Positions 1-9,623 of a stretch of DNA of 64,000 nt are shown piece after piece. Every line of letters begins with the position of its first letter. Positions within the stretch are counted from its first letter, which is position 1. Under the pieces are notes generated by a model. That model made no database searches. It saw only the letters and a program-made list of their open reading frames with translations, and had not been told where the DNA came from. A program made the translations under genes and the position numbers. The stretch is from an uncultured Candidatus Peribacteria bacterium (lineage in GTDB: Bacteria > Patescibacteriota > Gracilibacteria > UBA1369 > 2-02-FULL-48-14): contig CAZUWE010000003.1 of NCBI GenBank assembly GCA_964624175.1, positions 33,636 to 97,635 on the forward strand. Direction: 5' to 3'.

Positions 1-704
1 TTTTCTTTCTTCAACTTCCCTTTCCCCTCACCCGTTAGGTGGACAATATCGTAAACAGTGGTGAGTGCTTTTTTCTCTTCTTGCACTTTTAGGTTCAATT
101 GCATAGAACCTGCGCTTCCTCCCATCACCAGCAGCACCGGTTTTTTGCCGGTGAAGCCTGTCCATTTTTTGGCCGCAGCGGCCTTACCATCGTACAGACT
201 GAGACGCACAGGGTTGCCCACCACTTCGAGTTTTTGTTTGTAGTGGTCCAAAGATTCTTCCGCTTCTTCGTACCCTAAAAAAATCTTCCGTGCGAAGGGC
301 GCAGATAGACGTGTGGTGAGTCCGGCCTTTGCATCCGACTCGTGGATGAAAACGGGAATGCCAATCAACCATGCCGAAAAAACCACTGGAAATCCCACAT
401 AGCCTCCTTTACTAAAAACCACTTTTGGACGCAGTTTCAAAAGCCTCAAAAAAGCCTGCACAATGCCAACGGGAATTTTAAAAAGGTCGACGAAATTTCG
501 TAGATCAAAGTAACGCCTCAGTTTTCCCGTCGACACACTTTCAAAGTGGATTCCAGCTTCTTCACACAGCCTACGTTCAATTCCTTTTCGTGACCCAATA
601 TAAGTGATCCGTGTCTCGGGATTAAACTCTTTGATAGCGGCGGCTATAGCGATATTGGGGAGAACGTGTCCGGCTGTACCCCCTCCTGTCAGGAGTATAT
701 GCAT
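1..704 (-). CDS. murG: MurG (lipid II GlcNAc transferase); the C-terminal part lies outside the window
   Basis: This ORF is absent from the ORF track because it has no stop inside the window. The reverse complement from the ATG at 704 reads MHILLTGGGTAGHVLPNIAIAAAIKEFN..., the canonical MurG N-terminal glycine loop. The frame stays open to position 1. It lies directly downstream of ftsW, as in dcw clusters. Confidence 0.85.
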   Translation of the reverse strand, partial: MHILLTGGGTAGHVLPNIAIAAAIKEFNPETRITYIGSRKGIERRLCEEAGIHFESVSTGKLRRYFDLRNFVDLFKIPVGIVQAFLRLLKLRPKVVFSKGGYVGFPVVFSAWLIGIPVFIHESDAKAGLTTRLSAPFARKIFLGYEEAEESLDHYKQKLEVVGNPVRLSLYDGKAAAAKKWTGFTGKKPVLLVMGGSAGSMQLNLKVQEEKKALTTVYDIVHLTGEGKGKLKKE

Positions 705-1863
705 AAAGCGTGGTGAATTGAGAAATGTTGAGCAGCACACCCACTCCAACCAAGGTCATTACCATGGACGATCCTCCGTAACTCATGAATGGAAGCGTGA
801 TTCCCGTGATGGGAAACAGGGCGGTGTTCACCATGATGTTAACGAAAGCTTGAACTGAAATCCAGGTAGTAATTCCGGCAGCTAGTAGCATGGAAAACTT
901 GTTAGGCGCATGGTTTGTGATCTGGAAGCCGCGATACGCAATAACTGCATAGAGCAAAACCAGTCCAGCGGTCCTCACAAAGCCCAGTTCGTTTGCACTG
1001 GCCGCAAATATAAAGTCGTCCACGGCTTGAGGAAGCCAGTAGTACTTTTGAGTGCCCTGCGTGAGTCCCTTCCCCCAAAATCCTCCACTACCGATGGCAA
1101 TGTTTGCCTGTTGAGTCTGCCAACAATAACTTTCTCCATTACACTCAGCGGAGGGATTCATGTAAGCCACCACACGTTCTTGAATATGGTCTTGAGTAGC
1201 AAAAGCCAACAGTGCGAGCATCATCCCAGATATAGCAATGAGTCCCAAGTGTTTCCAATGAGCACCTGCGAGGTAGTAAATCACAACCGCAATGGCCGAA
1301 AGCACCATGGCGGACCCGATATCAGGCTGAATCACAATGAGTCCAATAATGGCTCCTGCAATGGCTCCAAATTTCAAAAACCCTTCTTTAAAATCTTGAA
1401 TTTTCTCCATCGACATCTTCTCCGCAAAGAAGTAGCTCAGGTAAAAAATCAGTCCCAGTTTCGCCACCTCTGAAGGCTGTAGCGAGTCGATGAATGGCAA
1501 GGCTCCTCCTACGTTGATCCAGCTAGTCGCAAAGGTTCCATTGTCGCTTCCTCCAAAGAGTACGAAGACCAGCAGCGCAAAGGCGAGCCCATACACAATC
1601 GGTGCAAAACTCTTCCAGTAACGGTAATTCATTTTCCACGCCACGACCATTCCCACCAGCCCAATGAGCGCACGCACCACATGGTTTTTAAGAATGTAGT
1701 AACAGTCCACTGCTTCGTCTGCACAATCTGGATATTTCATACCGGGCGCCGTGATGTTAATGGACTTGGGCACTCCCACACTGGTGATCATAACGACCCC
1801 AATAAGCACCACGGCCAAGACCGCAAGAAGGAGAACCGTATCGTATTTGCTTCGCTTAAACAT
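622..1863 (-). CDS. ftsW: SEDS-family peptidoglycan polymerase FtsW/RodA
   Basis: 413-aa ORF with ATG at 1863 and many hydrophobic helices. It carries the conserved SEDS block ...GITLPFMSYGGSSMV.... It is followed by murG, whose start it overlaps by about 80 nt. Confidence 0.85.
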   Translation of the reverse strand: MFKRSKYDTVLLLAVLAVVLIGVVMITSVGVPKSINITAPGMKYPDCADEAVDCYYILKNHVVRALIGLVGMVVAWKMNYRYWKSFAPIVYGLAFALLVFVLFGGSDNGTFATSWINVGGALPFIDSLQPSEVAKLGLIFYLSYFFAEKMSMEKIQDFKEGFLKFGAIAGAIIGLIVIQPDIGSAMVLSAIAVVIYYLAGAHWKHLGLIAISGMMLALLAFATQDHIQERVVAYMNPSAECNGESYCWQTQQANIAIGSGGFWGKGLTQGTQKYYWLPQAVDDFIFAASANELGFVRTAGLVLLYAVIAYRGFQITNHAPNKFSMLLAAGITTWISVQAFVNIMVNTALFPITGITLPFMSYGGSSMVMTLVGVGVLLNISQFTTLYAYTPDRRGYSRTRSPQYRYSRRYQRV

Positions 1864-1926
1864 GAGGGCGCTAAAAGAGCTCAGCTAGTGTAGCTGAACT
1901 GCCTTAAAGTGGGAAGGCAAAGCGAC

Positions 1927-4900
1927 TTAGATAGAAGCAACTCGAACCACTCGACGGAATCCTACGTTAGGATCTTTGAAGGTAGGATCGTTGCTGGGAC
2001 GAACGTTCATCTGTTTTTGTCCGTTGTACTTACCTGGATTGCTATTTACGCCCCATGAGCCAAGCAGTGGCTGCGTATCAAAACGTAACCATAAGGTCTC
2101 AGAGTCTACTTGGTAACTTGCATTTTCCAGGAAGCTTTTATATTCGGTAGAGGTCATCATATCCACACCCATTCTACGGCAGAGGTCGTTTGCTTCTGCA
2201 AAAGTCTTATCGCGAGTTTGAGGTGCGGTTTTGAAGGCTCCGTCTCCAAATACATAATTTCCTTTATCATCCACAAAGAGGAACTTGGCTTCTCCGCCAT
2301 TGCTTTCAATAAGCGCTAAGCTGGTCAAAACGTTAGGTGACAAGGCATTTTGCACGTCCTTCCATTTTACAGTCCCTTTTGGGGTGAAACGTTTTTTGAG
2401 AAGAATCAACATTTGTTTGTTGAGCTTCTCCATACCCATAAGTTGCTTCATGTGGTCAACATTTGCTGGCTTTTCAATGAGCTCCAGCATTCCGAGAAGC
2501 AGTCGCAGATTTCCTGCAGCCGCTGGCTTACCTGTAAAGTAGGCGGAAAGTCCACCAAGTCTTCCTTTTATCAAGTTAGCTAAGAATGGAATTTGAGAAG
2601 GATCAAGCTCCTCTGAATCAGGTATACCAAGTAGATTTTTAATGGTATTCACGCGATGATCCAACATCTTAAAGTTGAGTGTACCTGTAGTGGCATCCTG
2701 GTCGAGTCCACGGATGTAAAGCATCTGACTGGTGAACAAGCCAGTGTTGAATTTTTCAATCATGGCCACGAGTTTGGAGTCGTCGAGGCTCTTGATTTGT
2801 ACTCCCAATTTATCGTACTCAGCTTGTACTTCGTTTCCTTTCATCAACTTCTCAAGACGTTTATCTGCTGCGAGTACCGCTTTAATCTTATTGAGGTTTT
2901 GTACAATCTTTTGGTGTTGGGTCTTAGTATTGTTGTCTGGCAAAGCAGCTTCGGCACCCAGCTTAGCGATTTGTTCATCGAGAGCAGCGTTCACATCTCC
3001 CATTTCAATAGACACTACAGTAGCATCCACTCCAAGCAGCACTTGGAGTTTTCGCACCAATGCTTCACGAGTGCGATCATGGGTCATCGCTTTATCGAAT
3101 GCAGACTCACTCGTGAGTTCTTTAAAGGTAGCGTCGAATTGACGTGAAGCTTTTGCGTATCCACGCAGGAATGCAACGACATCATCTTCTTCATTCAAGG
3201 CATCAAAGATGCGTCCCCATTCACTCATATTCAAAGTAGCTTCTCGACTGTCAAAGAGCTCAGTCATGTAAGGTTCTGCTGCATCCACCGCTTCGGTGAG
3301 GGTAGCAATAAGCTGTGCGTACTTGGTCTTTTCAATGCTTCCACTTTCAAGCTGTTGTTCAATGGCCGCAATTTGTCCTCGGAGCGTTCCAATATTGATA
3401 CGTCCCTTAAGGTTAAGCAGGTTAGTCAACTCTGTGCGTACCAGTTCTCGGTCAGCCCCACGTCCCATCAAACTAGCAATCTTCGTGCTTGGGAAAAGAG
3501 AAGGAAATTCAGCACGGAGGGCGCGGTCATTGTAGACACGAAGGAAGACCCCTACATCCGCTTTGGTTCGGACACTGCCACCAATGTAGGCAGCGAGGTG
3601 ATGGTACCCAATGTCGCGAGTAGGATCTTCTAAGGTAGCAAAAGTCTTTTCAAGATCTGGGATGGAAACAAAGGCATCCACCGCATCGCTAATTATGTAG
3701 CCAATTTCATGAGCGATATCTCCCGTTGTAGACAGAGCTGCAACGTTGTTAATTCCCAAACGACTTAAGAGTACATCTCTCCGTTTTTCCAAACGATCTT
3801 GAGTGAGGACTCCATCTTCAAATCCAAAGGCTGCCATGAAGCGTGCTCGCACAGCCCGAGGATCTTTATTGATAGCATCCTGGAGTGCATTATTATCGGT
3901 TAAGTACTCGTACAAGTCGTTCACTTGAGCGAGGTCAACACTTCGCTTGAACGCATCTCGTTTCTTATCGTCATCAAGGCCCATGATAACTTTTCCAAGC
4001 TGTGCATGAACGATGGCCTCCTTAGGCTCTGGTTTTTTGAGACCAAAGAGTGCACTCATACGAGCTGAAGTGAGGGTGTTTTCTACTGCCTGAAGGTCTG
4101 CACGCATAGCGTCGTAACGATCTTGCTCGGCTCCAGCAGTTTTAGGTCTTGGCATACGTGCAAGGGCTGAGCGCATCTCAGTCAATGTGTTGCTTACACT
4201 TGAGTGAGGAACCACTCCCTCGGCTTGGCTCACAAAGATGCGTACTTGGCGCTTAGCGAGTTCACGCTCTTCTTCATTTCCACTAGAAATGATGTCGCTC
4301 AATCTGGTTGTGTCCACGATGGCATCAAAGTTTCCACGGAAGAGTGAGCTGCGGTATCCACGGACGGCCGCTGCCACATCAGCTTCGTTGTCGAGGTCTC
4401 CAAAGGTTGCTACAAAATTTTGAGCACTGAAGGTAGTTCGAGTTTTTGGCTTCACTTTTTTATAAAGTCCTTCTAAACGGTCTTTGGTAAGAGTGGTCTC
4501 AATAGCTGTGATGTCTTTTCTTAAGTTGGTATAACCCGGAGTTGTATTGAGTCCAGTCACGCGTGCGAGTTGGTCACGGTAAGCTTGCACAATGGTCTTG
4601 CGGCGGTCTTCAGATACATTACCAATGTTCTGCTTAGCGAAAGCTCGGATTTGCTTCCTTGCCTCCTCACGTTCTTCGTCGGTTCCATCGTTGATCACAC
4701 GGTCGAGCTCAATTTCATCAAAAAGGTAGACATAGTCTCCACGGAAGGTGGCGCTTTGGTATCCACGAACTTGCTTTTCGATATCCGGCACTTCTTCAAG
4801 GTCGATGAAGTGATTGATGAAGTTTTCTGAGCCCGTCCACTCAGTGGCTTCAAAGAGTTTACGAATGATGTCGGCAGTGAAGAGTGGTGCCACTTTGTTC

Positions 4901-6621
4901 AGCACTGTTTTTACCTCTCCAAATTTAGCCAGTTCTACCGTTCCATCTCCAAGGCGTTTGAGCATAGTGGTCACTCGATCCGTGACTTCTGCGGCATCGA
5001 ACGGCTCGGTCACTCCGGTGAGGGATACCACTTGGTCGATGACTTTGCGTCGTCCAACATCGGTGTTTAAGCTGGCGACTTTGATGGCAGGGAGCACCGC
5101 TGAAAAACTTGCTTCTAAGGCATCGGGGTCGAATTTCTTAAGCGCATTGGCACGGTTCTTAGTATTGATGGCAACGAATACTGTTGAACTGAAATTCTTG
5201 TATTTTTCTTCAGTCCACTCAAAGCCGCTTCCCTCTTCTGCTGTTTCTGGATACAGTTTTTTGAGTGTGGCGTCATCTAAGTTATTGAAAGCAGTTTCTA
5301 CAAGATTCAAGATAGCATCTCGAGTAGTGGTGTAAGGATCAATCGCTGTTCCTTTTTGTAAACGCTTTTCCATTTGTGCCTTACGTTCTGCAAGTTTTTG
5401 CTTGTTTACGGTTCCCCTCACATTGAAGAGATTTTGAATTTGTTCCTTAAGGTCGTCTGGATTGTGTTTTAGTTCAGCCGCCACATTGGCAGGATCCAAT
5501 AGGTCACCCACCTTGATTTCCATGTCGTCGATTCCGTCTTTTTCAATACGGTTGAGGAAAGGTTTGATGGACTTTGAGTTCACCTTAAGAAGGGTATCTC
5601 CAATCTTGTCGTAATCCATTGCAAAGTCGTCTTCCTTTTCTTCGGTTCCATAGATCTTGTCGAGTGCGGCTTGATCCAGCAGTTCATTGGCTTGGAAAAG
5701 AATCTTAACAAATTCAACATACTGTTTAGTGATCCGAGGGTCTTTTGCATGGCTGGTGTCCACATCAATATTTCCGTGGTGACGGTGAGCGTGGATGTGG
5801 AGCAGTGTCTCAAAATGCTTATACACTTCATCGATTTCTTTGCGGTCCACATTTCCAGACAGATCAAAAAGGTTTGCGATTTCCTTCTTGATTTCTTCTC
5901 GGCCGGCTTCAGATTTGAGAGCTTTTTTAAAGCGGTCTTTATCGATAAACATCTTAAACGTTCGTTTAAGATTAGCGACATCGAGAGCCTTAAAGAATCC
6001 TTCAAATGCATGGTGGTCGAGAGCCTCTTTACCTTTCTTTGCAGCCTTTTTATCCTTCTTCAACTTGTGAAGAATTTGGTTTCCAATCGACTGATCTTCC
6101 GTAGGCACTTCATGAATCTCTGGGAAAAGTTTGTCTTTGGTGAATTTGAGTGCCTTTCCAAGTAGTGGAAGTGCGGCGCTGTAGTGGCCTGCGTGAGCAA
6201 GGAAGTGGATTCCTTTATCGAGCAAGTCCTGGTCGTGGTCATCATGATCTCCGTGACCATGACCGTGGCCCAGTGCATGTCCAGCAACTGCGGCAGAGAC
6301 AATGGGATGCCCATGGGCGTCCACTGCGGGTGCAGCATGATCTCCTGCATGAGCGGCATCGGGTGCGTGATGATCTCCATTATTCGCTGCTCCATGAGCA
6401 CCGTGTGCTCCGTGGTCAGCACCATGCGCACCATGGTCGGCCCCGTGTCCAGCACCTACAGTTTCACTGACCGCATCGTAGGTCACTCCTTTCAATAGAT
6501 TTCCAAAGGCATTCGCGACTCCAAGCAAACCCCCATTGTTGAAGCGCAAGGTGTTGTTGGATGCGTGACCGTGGTCCGCTCCTTCGTGATGTTCCGCTGA
6601 ATGTGCGTGTGCTCCTGACAT
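1927..6621 (-). CDS. Giant (1564 aa) protein of unknown function with a His-rich N-terminus, degenerate helical repeats and a small FGE-sulfatase/C-lectin-like C-terminal module
   Basis: Uninterrupted 4.7-kb ORF with ATG at 6621. The N-terminal ~130 aa are rich in H/G/A/D (GHGADHGAHGADHGAHGAHG..., GHGHGHGDHDDHDQD). The middle has repeated modules (VRGYQSATFRGDY... / VRGYRSSLFRGNF... / FLRGYAKASRQFD...). The C-terminus ends ...FAEANDLCRRMGVDMMTSTEYKSFLE...VGFRRVVRV. There is no signal peptide. Confidence 0.8.
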   Translation of the reverse strand: MSGAHAHSAEHHEGADHGHASNNTLRFNNGGLLGVANAFGNLLKGVTYDAVSETVGAGHGADHGAHGADHGAHGAHGAANNGDHHAPDAAHAGDHAAPAVDAHGHPIVSAAVAGHALGHGHGHGDHDDHDQDLLDKGIHFLAHAGHYSAALPLLGKALKFTKDKLFPEIHEVPTEDQSIGNQILHKLKKDKKAAKKGKEALDHHAFEGFFKALDVANLKRTFKMFIDKDRFKKALKSEAGREEIKKEIANLFDLSGNVDRKEIDEVYKHFETLLHIHAHRHHGNIDVDTSHAKDPRITKQYVEFVKILFQANELLDQAALDKIYGTEEKEDDFAMDYDKIGDTLLKVNSKSIKPFLNRIEKDGIDDMEIKVGDLLDPANVAAELKHNPDDLKEQIQNLFNVRGTVNKQKLAERKAQMEKRLQKGTAIDPYTTTRDAILNLVETAFNNLDDATLKKLYPETAEEGSGFEWTEEKYKNFSSTVFVAINTKNRANALKKFDPDALEASFSAVLPAIKVASLNTDVGRRKVIDQVVSLTGVTEPFDAAEVTDRVTTMLKRLGDGTVELAKFGEVKTVLNKVAPLFTADIIRKLFEATEWTGSENFINHFIDLEEVPDIEKQVRGYQSATFRGDYVYLFDEIELDRVINDGTDEEREEARKQIRAFAKQNIGNVSEDRRKTIVQAYRDQLARVTGLNTTPGYTNLRKDITAIETTLTKDRLEGLYKKVKPKTRTTFSAQNFVATFGDLDNEADVAAAVRGYRSSLFRGNFDAIVDTTRLSDIISSGNEEERELAKRQVRIFVSQAEGVVPHSSVSNTLTEMRSALARMPRPKTAGAEQDRYDAMRADLQAVENTLTSARMSALFGLKKPEPKEAIVHAQLGKVIMGLDDDKKRDAFKRSVDLAQVNDLYEYLTDNNALQDAINKDPRAVRARFMAAFGFEDGVLTQDRLEKRRDVLLSRLGINNVAALSTTGDIAHEIGYIISDAVDAFVSIPDLEKTFATLEDPTRDIGYHHLAAYIGGSVRTKADVGVFLRVYNDRALRAEFPSLFPSTKIASLMGRGADRELVRTELTNLLNLKGRINIGTLRGQIAAIEQQLESGSIEKTKYAQLIATLTEAVDAAEPYMTELFDSREATLNMSEWGRIFDALNEEDDVVAFLRGYAKASRQFDATFKELTSESAFDKAMTHDRTREALVRKLQVLLGVDATVVSIEMGDVNAALDEQIAKLGAEAALPDNNTKTQHQKIVQNLNKIKAVLAADKRLEKLMKGNEVQAEYDKLGVQIKSLDDSKLVAMIEKFNTGLFTSQMLYIRGLDQDATTGTLNFKMLDHRVNTIKNLLGIPDSEELDPSQIPFLANLIKGRLGGLSAYFTGKPAAAGNLRLLLGMLELIEKPANVDHMKQLMGMEKLNKQMLILLKKRFTPKGTVKWKDVQNALSPNVLTSLALIESNGGEAKFLFVDDKGNYVFGDGAFKTAPQTRDKTFAEANDLCRRMGVDMMTSTEYKSFLENASYQVDSETLWLRFDTQPLLGSWGVNSNPGKYNGQKQMNVRPSNDPTFKDPNVGFRRVVRVASI

Positions 6622-6634
6622 AAAACTTTAATGA

Positions 6635-9034
6635 TTAATGGTGTCCACCTCCGTGGGCAGCTGCATGACCGTGATCTCCCCCATGGTCTCCGCCGTGAGC
6701 GGCGCCATGATCTTCATGTCCACCGTGACCTCCCGAAGGCGCGTGGAAGATAGAAAGTTCAGGGATTTCAGCATCGAGTCCAAGTAGATCTTTAGAAGTA
6801 GCGTTGGCAATTCCTTCTCCCGCCCCATATATAGAGAAGAGCGAACCCGCTGCAAGTGCTAAAGCGCCTTGTTTGCTTCGGTACCAAGCACCCTTAAGTT
6901 TGTTGTTCATCCAAGTGAATGGAGAAGTCCATCCTTTTGGTTTTTTAACGGTTGGCTTGGTGATGTAATTGGTAGCCCAACGAGCGGCTTGGTATCCACG
7001 TTTGAAAGGTGAGCTTACAATGCGTCCGGTGGCTTTGATTGGGTTCACAATCGCAGTCTTTGCAACCGCGCCTACTAAGGTAGCTCCATCGGTCACTAAA
7101 TGTTTCCCTACGTTCAAGGCGAGTGGTGCGGCTTTCTTTATACCATAAACTCCCAAAGCGACTCCTCCCACCACAAGGGCTCCTGTTGAAATACCTGCAA
7201 TGGCCACCCCAAGCGCACTGTATTTTGCAATGGTCTTGGCTTTGTCTGGATTGCTACGTACCCAATTGATTCCAGCTTTTGGCCAGTTCCAAAGCAGGTT
7301 TTTAGGAAGACCTAAAAACCCAGGGATAACATTGTTTCGTACTCCTTTGGCTACGAACTTAGCTGCATCTTTTACATTTTGAACGCGGTCTCTCCAGAGC
7401 ACATCTATTAAATGTTCTCTATTTTTGATACTACCTGCTCGTGCAAAAGCGGCCTCAAAAATAGCATCTACCTCTTCAGCATCGGTATCGAGATCCAGCA
7501 TAGGCCTAAGGGCAAGTTTAATATCCGCCTCAGTGGTACCGGCTTTTTGAAGTCTAACCACCTCTTCTCCCAGTTTTCTTTTTGCAACGATTCGATCTGC
7601 AACTTTGTCTATCATGAATCGGCTGTCCGCCCAACGAATGGCGTATTCAAGAATGGCTTGTTGCTTAGGATGGTGCACAATGTTTGGGTCCGACATGAGA
7701 GTATGACGAATGTTCACGTCGTCCGTTCCATTGGCTTTAAGGTAACGAACTCGAGTGAAAATACCATGATCTGTTAAGAAATCATCCCAGGTCCTTTCAT
7801 CGGTTAGCGGTAAAAAGCTCTTAAAGTCTGACCTCATGTTCATCTTTCGCTCGTGCGCTTCGGCGCGTTCAAAAGCTCGATTGATGAGTTCAGTGATTTC
7901 GGCACCTGAACGGCCTTGAGCGTCAAAATCAGCTTCAAGGTCTGCTTCTATATTTGCTCGCGATTGCCCGGCACGTAGTGACATTGCAACTGCAGCATCA
8001 ATGTTGTTCGCGGTGATGAATTTTTTCTGCAGTTTTGCTCGGAAAGCTTCGTTGCCAAACATGGCAAAAGCATAGTCCGCAATTTCCTCGGAACGTGCCA
8101 CACCTGCTTCATGCAAATATCCTTCAATGGTTTCCCAGGCAGTATCCCCGTCCACCTCTTGTTGTTCCATCAAGCGCAAGGTGCTGATGATTTGGTGTCG
8201 CTCCAGGATGCCATCCCACTGTCTTTGTGGCGAGAAAGGCACCTTCATGAAACGACGATTCCACTTGTTTGTGCTTTCACGCTTAGCGGCCGCTTTATCT
8301 TGTGCCTTGTTATAAGCTTTTTTAGCAGCCTCGGTAGCCACGTCCATGATTTGCTGCACTTCACCAGGAGCACGGTTGTAGGTACGTGTTCTTTCGATAT
8401 CTTTCCGTACACTCAATAGGACGTAGTTTCGGTCTTCTCCAGCACGAACACGGCGAACAATTTGGTCCACCAGTTTTTCTTTTTTCACGAAGGCCTCTGC
8501 GGCCTCGAGTTGAGCTTTTTTATCGGTAGCTACGTTGTAGCTGAGCTTGATCAACTCATCTAGATTGGCAGGCCCCTTGAATCGTCGTCGAGCTTCTTCC
8601 TCAATGTCCGGTCGGCTTTCGATGGCTTCGTCCACTTTTTCACGGATGAAGCTCACTAGACCCATGTCCTGTGCTTTTTCAAGATTTGCACTGGCGTTGA
8701 AGTCATACACTCTTTCGCGGAAACCTTGAGCCAACTGCTCTACCGCGCTTGGACCAGGAGTGTCTCGCAAAATAAAGCGTCCCCTCTCATCGAGGTCGAT
8801 GCGGCGAGACCCAAATTTTTTCTCGAGGGCTGCTCGGACTTGAGCCACTTCTCCTCCGTTGGCAACTGCAAAGTCGGGTGCTCCAGGCCCCTTGACCTGC
8901 AGCTCTCCGTCGTTGAATCGGAACTGAGTTCCATTTGGAAAAGTTCCTGTGCAGAGAATAATAGCACGGTCAGCGTCTAAACGCACATCTCCTTCTGTTG
9001 CTTGATCAACCTCAATGAGTTTTCCGAATGCCAT
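6635..9034 (-). CDS. Large (~799 aa) protein of unknown function with C-terminal hydrophobic/glycine-zipper segments and a His-rich tail
   Basis: The ORF-track start at 9052 is a TTG, and the first ATG (MAFGKLIEVD) is at 9034. There are three ~40-aa internal repeats (R/K-AG-x-S/T...AF-x-RA). A hydrophobic region reads AKYSALGVAIAGISTGALVVGGVALGVYGI. The tail reads GGHGGHEDHGAAHGGDHGGDHGHAAAHGGGHH. The stop is 13 nt before the next gene's ATG. Confidence 0.8.
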   Translation of the reverse strand: MAFGKLIEVDQATEGDVRLDADRAIILCTGTFPNGTQFRFNDGELQVKGPGAPDFAVANGGEVAQVRAALEKKFGSRRIDLDERGRFILRDTPGPSAVEQLAQGFRERVYDFNASANLEKAQDMGLVSFIREKVDEAIESRPDIEEEARRRFKGPANLDELIKLSYNVATDKKAQLEAAEAFVKKEKLVDQIVRRVRAGEDRNYVLLSVRKDIERTRTYNRAPGEVQQIMDVATEAAKKAYNKAQDKAAAKRESTNKWNRRFMKVPFSPQRQWDGILERHQIISTLRLMEQQEVDGDTAWETIEGYLHEAGVARSEEIADYAFAMFGNEAFRAKLQKKFITANNIDAAVAMSLRAGQSRANIEADLEADFDAQGRSGAEITELINRAFERAEAHERKMNMRSDFKSFLPLTDERTWDDFLTDHGIFTRVRYLKANGTDDVNIRHTLMSDPNIVHHPKQQAILEYAIRWADSRFMIDKVADRIVAKRKLGEEVVRLQKAGTTEADIKLALRPMLDLDTDAEEVDAIFEAAFARAGSIKNREHLIDVLWRDRVQNVKDAAKFVAKGVRNNVIPGFLGLPKNLLWNWPKAGINWVRSNPDKAKTIAKYSALGVAIAGISTGALVVGGVALGVYGIKKAAPLALNVGKHLVTDGATLVGAVAKTAIVNPIKATGRIVSSPFKRGYQAARWATNYITKPTVKKPKGWTSPFTWMNNKLKGAWYRSKQGALALAAGSLFSIYGAGEGIANATSKDLLGLDAEIPELSIFHAPSGGHGGHEDHGAAHGGDHGGDHGHAAAHGGGHH

Positions 9035-9149
9035 ACGGGATTTACAATTCAAATTATCTAGTAAGTATAGCAGATTTTCTACTTTTTCACAAGGGGCCTA
9101 ACAGGAGCGCCACCTTGGCAAGATTTTGGATTCTTGATAGGCTGAATTC

Positions 9150-9623
9150 ATGAGTCTTTTGCCCATACGCCAGCTCGACAAAATTTGGATCTTTTTTGCG
9201 CCCATTTTTGTGCTGCTTTTTGGAGCTGATCAGGTTAGCAAGGAGTGGGCTGTGACTCACCTAAGCACCGAAAAATCTGTGGATTTTGGGCTCGCGCTCA
9301 CTCACAACAACGGTATTGTTTTTGGTTATGACTTGCCCCTTGCTGTGATTTACCTCCTTACCGTGGGAATTTTGTCTTTGGGTGTGTACCTAGTGATTCA
9401 AAACAAGCTCTGGCGAGATCACTGGCACTTAGCTGGCCTGGCATGTTTACTGGCTGGCGCATTGGGAAATCTGGTGGACCGCATCCGCTTTGGATATGTG
9501 ATCGATTTTATCAAAATTTATTGGTGGCCCACGTTTAATTTGGCCGATGTGTGGATTGTGCTCGCGGTGCTCGTTTTTGCCTGGGAATTTTTGTTCCGCG
9601 AAGAAACAATGAAAAAGCTTTAA
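9150..9623 (+). CDS. lspA: Lipoprotein signal peptidase II
   Basis: 157 aa with 4 hydrophobic helices. Conserved LspA blocks are present: ...NNGIVFG... and ...FNLADVWIVLAV.... Confidence 0.85.
   Translation: MSLLPIRQLDKIWIFFAPIFVLLFGADQVSKEWAVTHLSTEKSVDFGLALTHNNGIVFGYDLPLAVIYLLTVGILSLGVYLVIQNKLWRDHWHLAGLACLLAGALGNLVDRIRFGYVIDFIKIYWWPTFNLADVWIVLAVLVFAWEFLFREETMKKL

Noticed and set aside
2110-6498. Many 60-170-aa plus-strand ORFs in the track lie inside the 1564-aa gene. Similar ORFs lie antisense to the 805-aa, SLH, ppdK (e.g. 33912..34838), pilB (46475..47548), purL and recA genes.
   Set aside because: All lie fully inside long motif-supported ORFs on the opposite strand and have low-complexity or odd composition. 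They are shadow ORFs.
6619-6637. The two His-rich giant ORFs might be one gene split by a frameshift or read-through, because His-rich sequence lies on both sides of the junction.
   Set aside because: The upstream frame ends in a clean TAA (6632-6634). Continuing in that frame gives non-His-rich sequence. The downstream ATG (6621) is in a different frame, with 13 nt between stop and start. No slippery sequence is evident. They are treated as two coupled genes.
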